This document shows positions 12,931 through 25,509 of a stretch of DNA of 64,000 bases, piece by piece. Each line of letters begins with the position of its first letter. Within the stretch, counting starts at the first letter, position 1. This stretch comes from Okamejei kenojei. Taxonomy: Eukaryota. Under the pieces are notes generated by a model, which was not told the origin of the DNA, made no database searches, and saw only the letters and a list, made by a program, of their open reading frames with translations. Location: positions 32,860,001-32,924,000 of the forward strand of contig CM069141.1 of the NCBI GenBank assembly GCA_035221665.1. Reading direction: 5' to 3'. A program made the position numbers and the translations under genes.

Positions 12931-15616
12931 CCTAGGAACTTGTACTTAGTGCCTTGGACCAGTTCTCTACAGAGCTCCAACACAAGTTTCATATGGGAAT
13001 AAACTTAGTCAGAGGCACAAAAGTAACACTTGCCAAACAATGTCTGGTCAAATTTCCACAGCATCACCAAGATCACAAGTAGTAAGAGTTGTGTTTTTTT
13101 TAAAAGAAAATAAGTTTTCAATTGCATCACCCCACAAAAAAACAGCTACATGCAATTGAATTGTTGGGCAACAACACTTTGCTAACTGAGATATTTTTCC
13201 AAATGTTTCTGAATAAAGAAACGTTGACTGATGCAGTGCAAAACAAAATGCAGAATGTTAGTCTTAAGCTATCCACAGCCTCAAACATTTGGCTTTCAGC
13301 TCTCGGGAAGAAAGTAGCAGTGCTGGGCACAGCCACCTGGGTTGCCTTGAGTTAAGGCAGCGTATCCTTTAAATGTCAGCACTGATTACTGAAAATCTCT
13401 GATAAGTCATGACAGGCAAGATAAAGAAAGGAGCTTGTTAACTTAAATTGCCTTAAATCCACTGTGACCTAATTCCTTCAACAGGTTTGAATTCCAGTGT
13501 AACAAGTAACCTATTACCCTACTCCCATGAATCATCCAACACTCTTCTTTGGATTGACTTTTGCTGCTTTAAATTCATGAGCTCAATTTGTACTCAAATA
13601 ATGTAAGCCATAAAGTACCCAGTTTGTAATTACAGTTTATGGTTAATAGCCTATTTCTAAATCAATATAATCCAAAGCATGCTTGACATGTGGCTGTGTC
13701 ACAACCTTAGTTGTCAGCAGCTAAGAATCTATTGAGTACTTACAGCACATGTCAACAGAAGCCTTTATACGTGCACATGCTCAAGAACTAATGTAAAGCA
13801 AAAAGGACCAAATCTTGAAGCAATTCTAATACTGCAAAGAAAAAATCTTGGAAGTTGGAACCATCCATTTTGCCCCTCACGTCTGCTCCATCATACAGAT
13901 AATTGGCTTCAGGGTCGCTTTCCTGCTCTAACCCTATGTCCCTTTATTTCTTTAATGTCCAAAAGTTTGTTGAATTTTGTCTCGGATATATTTAGCAACT
14001 GTCGGTTGCTGAATTCCAAGCACTCACTGACCCACTGGGTGAAGAAATTGAATCAAATTTCAGCCCTGAATAGCAATCCCTTTATTTTCAGACCGACCCT
14101 TGGATACATGAGCCTCAGACAGGGACAATGCCATCTCTGCTTTCGCTTTATCAAGCTTTGCAAGAACATTGCATATTTTAATGAACACGACTCTCATTTT
14201 CCTATGTTCAAAAGACCTGCTAAATTTATTCTCATAGAGTAAATCCTCCCAACCCAGGAAGCAATTTGGTGAACCATTGTCGCATTTCCTCTTTGCAAGT
14301 GCAGTATATATTTTTTTCTATAGGAAGAATTGACCTGTGCACAGTATTCCAGGTGTGGTTTCACAAGGCCCTACATAATTTCTGTATTGCATGATAAGAA
14401 TAACATTATGTTTCCTTCATAAAATTGCATTGTTTTGATTTCTTAGCCTTTTTAATCTACAATGTCTTCCTGATAATTTTCCATTTGATCATGACAATGT
14501 TAATTAACTTTCCATTAATTATGTAGAAGTAATAATGTCAAAATATCTCTGGAACCTTCTAAATAAAGGGAATTTAAAGAGAACAAGTTGTTGCCCAACA
14601 TTAAGAAGGCAACCTGGGCTTAGTTTTTCAATATCCCTAGATAGGAATATGTGGCAAATTAAAAGTTTCTATACTGATCGCAGCCACAATGTGACATAAT
14701 TCAAATCTGATTTGCACAAATTAAGTAAACTGTCTCATCTTGAAACATAGAAAAATAGAAAATGGGGTGCAGGAGTAAGGTCATTCAGGTCGCTTTGAAC
14801 CAGCACTGATCTCAATGCGCCGTAAGATCAGGCTGAATCCATCCCCAAATCACTTCCTGCTTCTCTTCCAAATCCTTAAGTCCGTAGCCGCTAAGAACTC
14901 TAGTAATAACTCTCTCTTGAATGTACAGATACTGCGCGTCTATCTGAAATGATTCTTCAGGTTTTTGTTGTTAGCGTCTTTGCTTGACTAATCAGATGCT
15001 AGACTGTACAAATAATTCTGACACGTCATTTGAAAAGAGTTGTGTGTATCTGTCAATAGCAAGTGTTTATGTTTTTTTAAATACTTTTGTCAGACTCGTT
15101 TTTCAATGGAGATGATGGAATCAGCACATTTTCAGATGGTTTGGGAGTTCAGTGAGAATATAGAATCAGTTGCCTTTGCAATGTTAAGTAGTGCTTGACA
15201 GTGTTTATATTTTAACACAAACCGTTTATTACCAGAAGCCTAACAGGCCTCATGAAAGAGCAGCAACTTTACATTTTTACTTTTCTCGAGAGCTCACGAT
15301 GAGTGACTAAGGAAGAAGCCCCGCACAGGCGCTTTGTTCATTAATTCAGTAACGATAATGTCAGTAAACTTGTGTTAACGAGATGAGTTGGAATATAAAC
15401 AAAGGTCTGTTCTTGTCTCGCTGAGATGGGCGGGGGGCGGGGTGGTTCGTGGGGGAGCGCCGGGGGGGGGGGGGGGGGGGAGGGGGGGGGGGGGGGGGGG
15501 GGGGGGTGGGGGGGGGCCATCCGAGAAGTAGTTTACGTAATTGGTAAATGTAGCAGCATTCCTGCTGTTGAGTTTGGACCTCTGCATTATCAAAGTCTGC
15601 TGAGTAGCCAGAAGAA

Positions 15617-15796
15617 NNNNNNNNNNNNNNNNNNNNNNNNNNNNNNNNNNNNNNNNNNNNNNNNNNNNNNNNNNNNNNNNNNNNNNNNNNNNNNNNNNNN
15701 NNNNNNNNNNNNNNNNNNNNNNNNNNNNNNNNNNNNNNNNNNNNNNNNNNNNNNNNNNNNNNNNNNNNNNNNNNNNNNNNNNNNNNNNNNNNNNNN
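15617..15796. other. Assembly gap (N run), preceded by a poly-G tract at 15428-15517
   Basis: Ns and G homopolymer in sequence. Confidence 1.
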
Positions 15797-18700
15797 ATGA
15801 AATGACATGTTCAACGTTACAATAACTAATACCATAGCTACAATGAATACATGTTCAATACAAGTAGAAACAATACCAGAGCTGAGGAGAGGACAATGTT
15901 ATCAGACACAGATCACGGAAGCTCAATAACAATACAGAGTGGATGGTAAATCCAGAAGTTCAAAAATGATTGACATCGTGTCTGGGTACCAAATAATGTC
16001 TGTTTGCTCCAGATTAAATCTCCGCTGCCTAAGATATTTCCATAGGAGCCAGACCCACAAGCAGTAGCGGTGGATGCATTACTCCCTCGCTACTATTGCG
16101 GGAGATATAATCTTCTGTTCCCCATTTTTACCCTGATTACAGGTAATGGCCACCTAAACTTAAGCAAGACTCCACCGGTGGGGCAATAGGGGGTAGGTCT
16201 GGTTCCAAACTGTTCACACATCCTTTGTTCCCATTGGTGCTGAGAATGATGACTTCACCATTCATGACAATCCCAGTTGCATAATTGTGGTACATCCATA
16301 CAGGAGAAGTCATCCAGTACCATGATCGTATTAATTGTTAATCTGCTCAGGTTCTGATGGACTGTCAATAGGACAATGGATTCATGACTGCCAGCTTGGA
16401 TAGATAGCACTAAGAATACAATAAATGTCTCATATAACGAAAAGGAAATCTTTTTTTATTACCGTAAGATATATTTATCATACTGCAAACATATTGGATG
16501 TATTGGGAGTTCCTTGCTATGTTGCACCTGAGATATAGTGCCCATTAATAGTACATTTGTCCTCCTATTTAGGACAATTTTCAGAATGACAATCTATCAG
16601 GTTCATCCGGTAATACCCCGATGTATGAGAGAATTTTTAATAAATTTCCTACCAAACCCAGATAACAGAAATCTGGGATGGTCAGGATAGATTCCCACAC
16701 ATTGCTTACAAGCATGGGCCACCAATTACGTCACTTGTCTTTTCACAGAACTTCAATATTAAAAGTGATAAGCCTCATTGTCATTAGTATCACACTCTAT
16801 GAGTACAAACTTCACAATGGTGCGTCTTAGATTGTATGTCAGTTGTCCTGTAGATAAAATTATTTTTTTATATCCCTACTGAACTAAGCAAGCAACAGCA
16901 AGCAACAGGCGAAGCCTGAACGCAAGGTTAATCTGTTAAAGCATACCTTTGTCAGACCAAACCTAAGTGTGTGATGGATGCGAAGCAATCTGACTCAATA
17001 TATTAAAAGTAACTAAGAGTAATCTGAGATTCTGTGAGACAACCAATCTGGCGACATTACTCCCAAAATTTTTAAGCAAAATTTAAACATAAAAAGTGAC
17101 AGTTACATTACTTTCAGATGGTTAAAACATTTCTGTATTTAAGCTGGAGTTCACTACTCAAGTTAGAAACTCTCAACTTCACAAGGGCTGGGATCATCAA
17201 TGTCCCACAGCAAAGGCGTGCAGGACATGCCGCTCGATCCAATTTCTAGAGGCCGCAGAATGGTCTAAAGAAGTAACTTTCTAGATTTAAGATCAACCTG
17301 TTGGCACAGTGCCCGGGTTGCACATGCTATGGTTGTGTTCCTGTTCAATTTGTTTGCCTTTGACTGATATCAATGATTCATATCAGTGTTGTAATTTTCC
17401 CCCCTGGAGATAGATTGGGTTATTACTTCATTGTTAAAAATATTTAATAACATTGGTATTGAATATTTCAAGCAATGTTCAATATATTATTTACTCACTA
17501 CTGTGTCAACTGAAGCAGTGTATCGTAATGGAATCAATCTCGGCATGAAAATCACGAGCTTCAAAATCTTCACGAAGTACCACGTGACCTCGAGTAAAAT
17601 AGTAAGATTATAATGAAGAACTCATACCTGTTTTCGAATTTGCAAATCAGATAATTTCATGATCAGAGTGGACAGATATTACGTGCCCTCCTGCATCCCG
17701 ACCCATCATAATCTTAAACGATCATTCTGTAGTGATCTAGTACTTCTGTAAGCGCCTGCTGGGATGAGATCTTACTTCGGCTATTCGTTTGAAAGTAGGA
17801 ACGCGCATGCGCCTGGCGGGGCCCATTCTTCATCTTCACGTAATCCCTCATCCGTAAACTCCTCAATAAAATAAGATCAAACTTTCGAACAGATACAAGT
17901 TCTCACGTTTACAATCTTACAATTACACCTGATTAATCTCCTATATCCTTTATATTTGGTTTTCTGTCATACGGCCCCAGGAATTTAACATGGGATCTTA
18001 AAGTTTAAATCCCTATATAGAACTAATGATATGTTGAGAGGATATTGGTGCTAGCGAGAGTTTTCTCTTAATTGTTCGACATGCTTTGTGTAATTCAGTG
18101 AGTCTTGCTGATTCCAGTTCTCAGAGGAAGCTGAGGTTCTAAAGAATGTGATTGCTTTCTGTGGAGCTAGTGTTATTTATTGACAAAGAAAATATCCCTT
18201 TGATAGTTTTGAACGTATTTATCTAATTTTGCTTGGCCTCTGATCTAGCCATGAGGTAAGAATAAGGCCAGTGAGGAGAGAGGGGGAGGGGAGAAGGATA
18301 CAAGGGACGAACCGTGCTTTTGGAGCTGGAAGTTGTGTGCGTTGAACACTCGCAAAAAAAATGTCCATTGCAACATTAATCATTTGCCGCGTCCGCAAAT
18401 GTAAGACTACACTGGTAAGCACTCTAACTTAGACATTATTACGTAAAACACACAACCTGCCAAAAAATGTGATGAAGGGTTAAAAGGAACGCAGAGGCGG
18501 AAAATCAAAGGTACACAAAAAATTGTGACAGGATCATTCTTGTGGCAGCACCAAAAAACAAAGGATAATGAACATTTGGATTAAATGGCAACCAGGAAAG
18601 CATTGCTTGTTTATTGGTGGTGATGTTCAGTGTTGGTAACTAATGTAGATAGCATTTTTTTAATAGCGGACTATTAAAACATAAAGCAAAGCAAACTGTA

Positions 18701-19452
18701 TAACCAAAGAAATCGAATAAAAAAAAACAGTCCTGTCTCATTACTTTGAGGTCAAGAGTCATGAGAGTTAAATTGTCAAATGCATCGGAACCAAAGCAAT
18801 GAAGCTTGCAGCTTTACTGGCTCATTAAAGCAATAATGTAACAAACAAATGTAACAATAAATTAAACATTTAACAGGAGAAGGTAAACCCATCTCTAAGA
18901 GTGGTAATATGCAAGTGCAAAATTCAAGGCCAAAGCATTTAGACCACTTTTGGATGGATGAGCCAAGTGGATGAACTTTGTCTGCTTTGATCTGTCGTTT
19001 TCACACCTTACCCTTCCATATCTCTAGTCACCCTCTCCCCTAACAGTCTGAAGAAAGCTTGGTATCCAACAAAGCTTTCCTCCTAATTTTCTAAACTTTG
19101 ATACTGTTTATAAAGTTTATTTTGGATTGTGATGAAATGTCCCCCTTTCGGCTGAATAGATGCAGCTTCAACAAACTAAGCACAGAACATAACAATACAA
19201 TCTGCTTTATCAGTACCTTAAACATTCACTTCTAACCAGGTTTTCATTGGGACAAATATTCACTCTCTAAACCCTTTTGTAGCTAGTCTCGTTCAAAAAT
19301 CCGAGTTCAGTAACCTTATAGTATTTTGGGAAAGTCATTTACACGGAAAACCGAAGTGGGATTTTTGTGGCCCCACTTTCTCTAGGCCCGTTAAAAATGT
19401 AAAACACACAACATAAAGCAATAGGAGGAAGAGTTGGCCTTACCTCAAACTT

Positions 19453-19652
19453 AAGATAGGCACAAAAAGCTGGAGTAACTCAACAGAACAGGCAGCATCT
19501 CTGGTGAAAAGGAATGGGTGATGTTTCAGAAGAGTCAAGACCCAAAACATCACCTGTTCCTTCTCTCCAGAGATGCTGCCTGTCCCGCTGAGTTACTCCA
19601 ACTTTTTGTATCTATCTTCAGTTTAAACCAGCATCTGCAGTTTCTTCTTATA
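19453..19652. mobile_element. Penelope-derived fold-back element with 15-bp TSD
   Basis: Inverted arms (gctggagtaactca..ggcagcatctctgg / ccagagatgctgcc..gagttactcca); exact direct repeat ccttacctcaaactt at 19438-19452 and 19653-19667. Confidence 0.8.
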
Positions 19653-20039
19653 CCTTACCTCAAACTTGCTCTGTCCGTTCATGGCTGGTTTGATTAATGG
19701 GCTCAACTTCACTTTTTTGCTGAACTTGTTGTAATGTTCTGAATGGATTCAAATAATCTGTCATATATATCATTTTGTATATATTTTTAATTCTTCAAAA
19801 TGAGTTGAGAGTTCAATGGTACATTTGTCCTCCCAAATTTGGTGTGTGTTGAGAGTTAATTTATTGCAAATATTATTCTATTCCTTTTGTAATAGTCACC
19901 AATCTGTTATTGAGTTAGTGGTAGAAGTAATTAAAGGTTATGAAGTATGAGTACTACACAAGAAGTATGAGTACTACACTTATCAGTGCAGCATTTAAGT
20001 AGTTATTCCTTCAGTGAATGTGCATCAATTAATTAAATA

Positions 20040-20567
20040 CAGTAAACTCTTGTTTTAATGGACCTCTTTATAAAGATTCCGGTTACAGTGCATCAAATCT
20101 GTTATGACGAGTTCAATTGTGAAACGAATGACTCACTAGGAGATAATGGAGCGAATGATGTTTTTGGGAATCATTTTAGCTTAGTTTAATTTAGAGAGAT
20201 CTCGCACGGAAAAACATCGAGTCCATGCCAACCAGCGATCACCTGTACATTAGTCCTGCACATTAGGCACAACTCAGAGTGTATCGGATAGAACCAATAT
20301 ATGGGAGCAACCCGAGGAAACCCATGCTGCTCCAAGGTCAGGATCAAACTCTGGTCCTGGCACTGTAAGGTAGCAACTCCAACACGGTGCACTGTGCGAT
20401 CCCAAAGGTATTTTGTGTGTTAACTGTTTATCGTGTAGTGTATGTTTATTGGCTGATTTTCCAATAATACTGTATATATTAACCCCCTTATTTGGTTACA
20501 GCGGACAATCGGTAATAACAGACACCATCTCCTCCTGTGTGGTCCATTATAATGAGGGTTACTACTG
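20040..20567. mobile_element. Probable Tc1/mariner (Tigger-like) MITE with a nested HE1-type SINE (about 20178-20400, minus)
   Basis: TA-CAGTAAACTCTTGTTTTAATGGACC ... GGTCCATTATAATGAGGGTTACTACTG-TA imperfect TIRs with TA flanks. Confidence 0.5.
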
Positions 20568-21320
20568 TAGTGTTTTTTTAAACACATAATGTTATTCTGG
20601 AGGTGATTTCTTTCAACAAAACCATTGTGTGGCGCTTTTATCTATCCTATCAACTTCAACCCTCTTTGTTCATTTCAATAGTTGCTTCGTCCGGGACACA
20701 CATACAACATGTTTTTTGCCGCCACCTTTATAAAATTACTTCGTAAGTTCATAAGTGAACAGTTACAGAATTAGGCCATTCAGCCCATCAGGTCTACTCC
20801 ACCATCTCAATCATGCCTGATCTATCCCACTTTCCCTCTAACCCCAATTCTCCTCTCACGGCCCGTTAAACCCCTGACACCCATATTAATCGAGAATCTA
20901 TCTATCTCAGCATAAAAATATCCATTGCTGGTGGCATAGAATTACACAACAGGATCTCGCACCCTACTCCATGTCCTTCCCAAAGGAAAGTCCTTATTCT
21001 GAGGCTCGGACCCTGTGGACCTAGACTCCCCACGAGGGAAACATCACTCTCCACATCCACTCTATCCTATGGCAAATTCCAGTTTCCAGGAACCTCCTGT
21101 CTCTTTTGCCTCTTAACCCCAAGATTTAATTCCTATCATAGTCACTGGTGCACCTTTCATAGAAAGATATTAAAAATAGGTGTGCAGGAATAGGCATTAT
21201 CTGGCGCCTTCAAGCCATCACCATCCCGCCATTCAATATGTTCAAGCTGATCAACCAAAATCAGTACCCCGTTCCTGCTTTTTCCCCATATCCCTTGATT
21301 CCCTTAGCCCTAAGAGCTAG

Positions 21321-22027
21321 ATTGGGTGGCGCGACCAGCAGTGGCTGCCTCGCAAACAGTCTTTTTGTACTTTCTTCTTTTTTTAATGTTTAGTATGTTT
21401 TAAATATATGTTTTAGTGTTCCTTGGTTTGAGTGGGTGTTGGGAGAAACTTTCTTTCAATCTCTTACCTCGACAGAGATGCAATTTTTTTCCGTATCATA
21501 TCTCCGACCCCACTGTGACCTAACATCGTGGAGTTGGCGGCCTTTCCTGGAGACCGACCTGGCACTCCAAGCTGCGGGAGTCTGCAAGACTTTAACATTG
21601 CGGAGTTTGCGATCCCTTTGCCGGGGATCGAAGCTCTAACCGCGGTGTCTGTGGACTTTAACATCGTGAAGCCCGTGGTCTCTTGGTAAGAGTGGCCAAT
21701 TCAGGAGCTCCATGCCGCGGTGACAGAGTTTCATTCACCCTATTCGCTTATGAAGCGGGAGTTTCGTTCCAACCCGACGGGGGCTTCGAGCCACCGACTG
21801 CGGGGGGGGGATGAGAGAACAAATGAGGAAGAAGTGTTGATTTTGTTTTTTTAAAATTGTCTTCCATCACAGTGAGGAATGTGGAATTGACTGTGGGGGA
21901 TGTTTCTGTTAACTTTTATGTGGTTGTGTGTCTTGGTGCTTTTCACTTAGTATGACTGTGTGGTACTAAATTTCATGTACCTTACTGGTTACATGTGATG
22001 AATAAACGGAACTTGAAACTCAAAACT
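21321..22027 (+). mobile_element. CpG-rich non-autonomous retroelement (copy C), nested in a CR1 3' tail
   Basis: Starts gggtggcgcg, then a T-rich tract, three aacatcg(t/c)ggag-like motifs, and gaataaa + (aacttg/aactca) tail. Confidence 0.7.
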
Positions 22028-22506
22028 TATCTCTTTCTTGAAAAATCCAGTGAATTGGCCTCCACTCCCTTCTGTGGCAGAGAATTCCACAGATTCACAA
22101 CTCTCTGGGTGGAAAAAGCTTTTCCTATCTCAGTCCTAAAATGGTATGCCCAATATCTTAAAAACTGTGGGACCCCTGGGTCTGGGGACTCCCTAACATG
22201 GGGAACTTTTTTCCTTGCATTAGCTTTCCAATCACTTAAAATTTTATGTTTCTATAAGATCACAAAAACGATGGAGTAAAAATCAGCAGGGACAGGCAGC
22301 TTTCCCTGGAGAGGGGGTGGGGGGGGGAAGGAATGGGTGATGTTTCGGTCGAGACCTTGCTTCAAGGGGGGGGGGGACCCTTTTTTCAACCTGAACGTTA
22401 CATTATTCTCTCGGAGATGCAGCATGTCCCGCTGATTACTCCAGCATTTTGTGTCTACCTTTGATTTAATCCAGTCTCAGTTGTAGCACTCGCTGCAGTT
22501 GTTTAA

Positions 22507-22698
<192 letters not shown>

Positions 22699-23430
22699 TG
22701 ACATAAACAAAGAGCCTTTACTCCCACTCCTATTCACTGAATCCCAACCAGTCACAGAGTCATGTTTCAAGTCTGTTTTGTGAAATATTGAGTTTTGTGC
22801 CTATGTCAGTTTACCAAACATAGTAGCTAAGCCTCTCAACTTACCATTTTGTTTCCTCCTCTCCCTGGTAAATAGCAGATGGGGTGGGGACATGATCTAC
22901 AATTAACCACAGTCACCATCCATGTCCCTGCATCGTTGGCTAACTGCAAGCAGGCTTGATGGGAGATTGGTGAAAATCTCAGCTTCTTGAGATATGGAGA
23001 TTTTACAAGATAAAACTCTTAATTCATATTGTTAAACTATTTCAGATGCATTGATATTGCAAAAGGTGTAATACTAGTATAGTTAGGGATGCTTGACTGA
23101 GGTTTGGAATGAGGGATGCTTGTGGTACAAGGAAGTTCTGATACAACAGCAACTGCTCTACTGCAATTCTACCCCCAAACTCCGAATCCTCAGATGGGAA
23201 TTGAACCTGCTTTTCAAACTTCAAGGGGGAATTCCTTGCTTCTTTAGAAGCATTACAAGGGAAATTAGATACCCTACCCAGAGAACGGACATGATTGATC
23301 ATAATTAGGACATCTATTTACTCTGGGCTGGGACTCCATTACTTGTCTTCTTTCCATTGGGCTGACCGACCACTGCCCACCAAACCACACTCCTCAATTG
23401 TTGTTAGCCTGCAAGCCCTAACTGGTTCTC

Positions 23431-23709
23431 CACTGGCTCAGTTTGTACCATCAGTCTCCATGCCATCACCACAGTTTTTAGTCCTCGAAAGGACACGAAG
23501 TGCTGGAATACCTCAGCAGGTCAGGCAGCATCTCTGGAGAACATGGATGGGTGGTATTTCAGGTCAGGATACTGAACACGTAAAGCTATGTATCCATGTT
23601 CTTCAGAGATGCTGCTTGACCTGCTGAGGTATTCCAGCACTTTGTGTCCTTTCAAGGACTAGAAACTGTGGTGATGGCATGGAGACTGATGGTACAAACT
23701 GGGCCAGTG
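23431..23709. repeat. 118-bp near-perfect inverted repeat (Penelope-type core plus duplicated flank)
   Basis: Arms 23431-23548 and 23592-23709, 6 transitions, no indels, 43-nt spacer. Confidence 0.95.
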
Positions 23710-23944
23710 AATCTCACCACCAGCTCTCTCTGTCCTTGGTTCAAGCACTCCACCCTTGCTCCGAACACCATATTTTCCTTTGGTCAGCTAATGCGCATGA
23801 AGGAAAAATGATGGCATCTTCAACAGCCCTGGACTCTAGGGTCACTGCTGTAGTTTGCAATGGAAGACCCACAAATAAGATGGTGCACTTCATGAGTGAT
23901 GGTGCCACTGCTTAAAATATTTGGCCCAGATATTTTCAGACATA

Positions 23945-24295
23945 ATGTGCAGGAAGGAGCTGCAGATGCTGGTTTACACCAAATGTAGACCCTACTTTGA
24001 AGATTCTCAAGGTATGCCTACTTTAAAAAAGTCTCCACCTCCTCCACAATAGGAGTTCTGCAACACCATCTCTTGCTGCTCCCCCTTTGTGATTCCTCCT
24101 GCTCCCTGGCTCTGTTATACTTGCTGGCCTTGATTTGTTCTTTTCATACCTTTCATTCTTTTGTTTTTTGTACCTCCTCATACCTCCAGTTTCCCTCTAC
24201 CCTGACTCTCAATCTAAAGAAGGGTCTCAACCTATTCCTTTTCTGCAGAGATGCTGCCTGACCCTGAGTTACTCCGGCATTTTGTGTCTATTTTC
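23945..24295. mobile_element. Penelope-derived element remnant
   Basis: ggaaggagctgcagatgctggttta ... tctaaagaagggtctcaacc..agatgctgcctgaccctgagttactcc. Confidence 0.6.
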
Positions 24296-24955
24296 AGGCA
24301 TATCCCTTTTACAAAATGGAATGCTATGTAAATGTGAATATCTCTAATTTATATTTATCCATTTGTTGCCAAACCTGTTAACAAGTTCTGTGGTCAATCA
24401 AGATTGTCTGATGGTAAGTAACAATGATAAGGTCACTCAGCAATGCCACTAATTCTGCCCTTGTCTATTCCCACACGATAAAACATAACAATCAGCAGTT
24501 TTCCTTCCATCATATGCAGATAGGTAAAAAGCGCAAAAAGTTGCTTCAATTCTTTAAAGTGATTAGAGTAGATTTTTGCTGCGTAGCAATTTCCAGTAAT
24601 GGAGCCAAATGGTTTAGTGGCTTTGAAGTTTCACAGCCCAGCTGTGATTTGACAACATGGGTGCTCCTTTAGGGCTATTGGGAATCCTGAAAGTGTGCTG
24701 CATTTAACTCGTCACTGAAGTGTTTTGGGGTATGTTTCATCACTCTGGTGGTTTGCAATAAACGCATTGGCACGTGGAATTTAATAATACGCAAACAAAA
24801 AGCTCATAAAAATTCCACAGTGGTTCCACTTAACTGTAAAGCGAGCAGTGTAGTTCTTTTTGATTTTAGTTTGTCAATCTGCGTAGTTATTTGCAAAGAA
24901 CAGTTTGATCTTTGTGGCAATACAGTAATGCATGTCACTTTGCATATCAGCAACG

Positions 24956-25211
24956 GGTCTGCTCTTGTGTTTGCGGCAGCGGAGGTTATGTAACACCCTC
25001 CAGGCGCTGCAGCCAGTTAAATGTGCTGTTGTTGAGGGCCGTGAGGTCTACCCCTCCACCAGGGGGGCGGAGGACAGCACAATCGAAAATGACGTGCTGC
25101 ACTGTTTTCTGGTCTGCTCCACACACGCAGGCTGCTGATGAACGCAGCCCCCAGCGATGCATGTTGCCGTTGAACCGGCCGACCCCTGTACGGAGCCGGT
25201 TCAGGGCGACC
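24956..25211 (-). mobile_element. RTE-X-like LINE 3' fragment with intact C-terminal frame
   Basis: Minus frame WVALNRLRTGVGRFNGNMHRWGLRSSAACVCGADQKTVQHVIFDC...WLQRLEGVT* (stop 24986-24988); 8-bp direct repeat cagcaacg at 24948-24955 and 25212-25219. Confidence 0.75.
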
Positions 25212-25509
25212 CAGCAACGTTGATAAATTCAGTATGGTTAGGAACCATATGGGAGCATCAAATGTGATTTATTTTTGCACGTTGCTATTAGTACACTAAA
25301 AATGGCACAAAGCAACATTAAATCTGAGATCGCAACAATTTCTGACTTCCAAATCCTCACAGGGAGAAATTTTCAAAGCTTTGGGTTTTCCAAAGTTACA
25401 AGAAAAAAAACTTACATTTTCCATTAACTATAACACACCTGAGCCTGGTGTTGCTTGTCACTGGCTAGAACCTGGACTATTTGGGGTTTCTGTTAATGCT
25501 AATTTAATC

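Noticed and set aside
15375-15593. Polyproline/polyglycine ORFs and possible G-quadruplex
   Set aside because: Poly-G tract next to a gap in low-quality sequence; probably a sequencing artefact.
17803-17814. NRF1-like palindrome GCGCATGCGC
   Set aside because: Isolated motif in suspect sequence with no CpG island or exon support.
18248-18261. gccATGAG|gtaaga as an alternative first exon
   Set aside because: Phase 2, incompatible with the phase-1 exon 2, and in an unreliable region.
25056-25070. CTCF-like CCACCAGGGGGGCGG
   Set aside because: One extra G breaks the core, and it is explained as LINE coding sequence (RPPGG on the minus strand).
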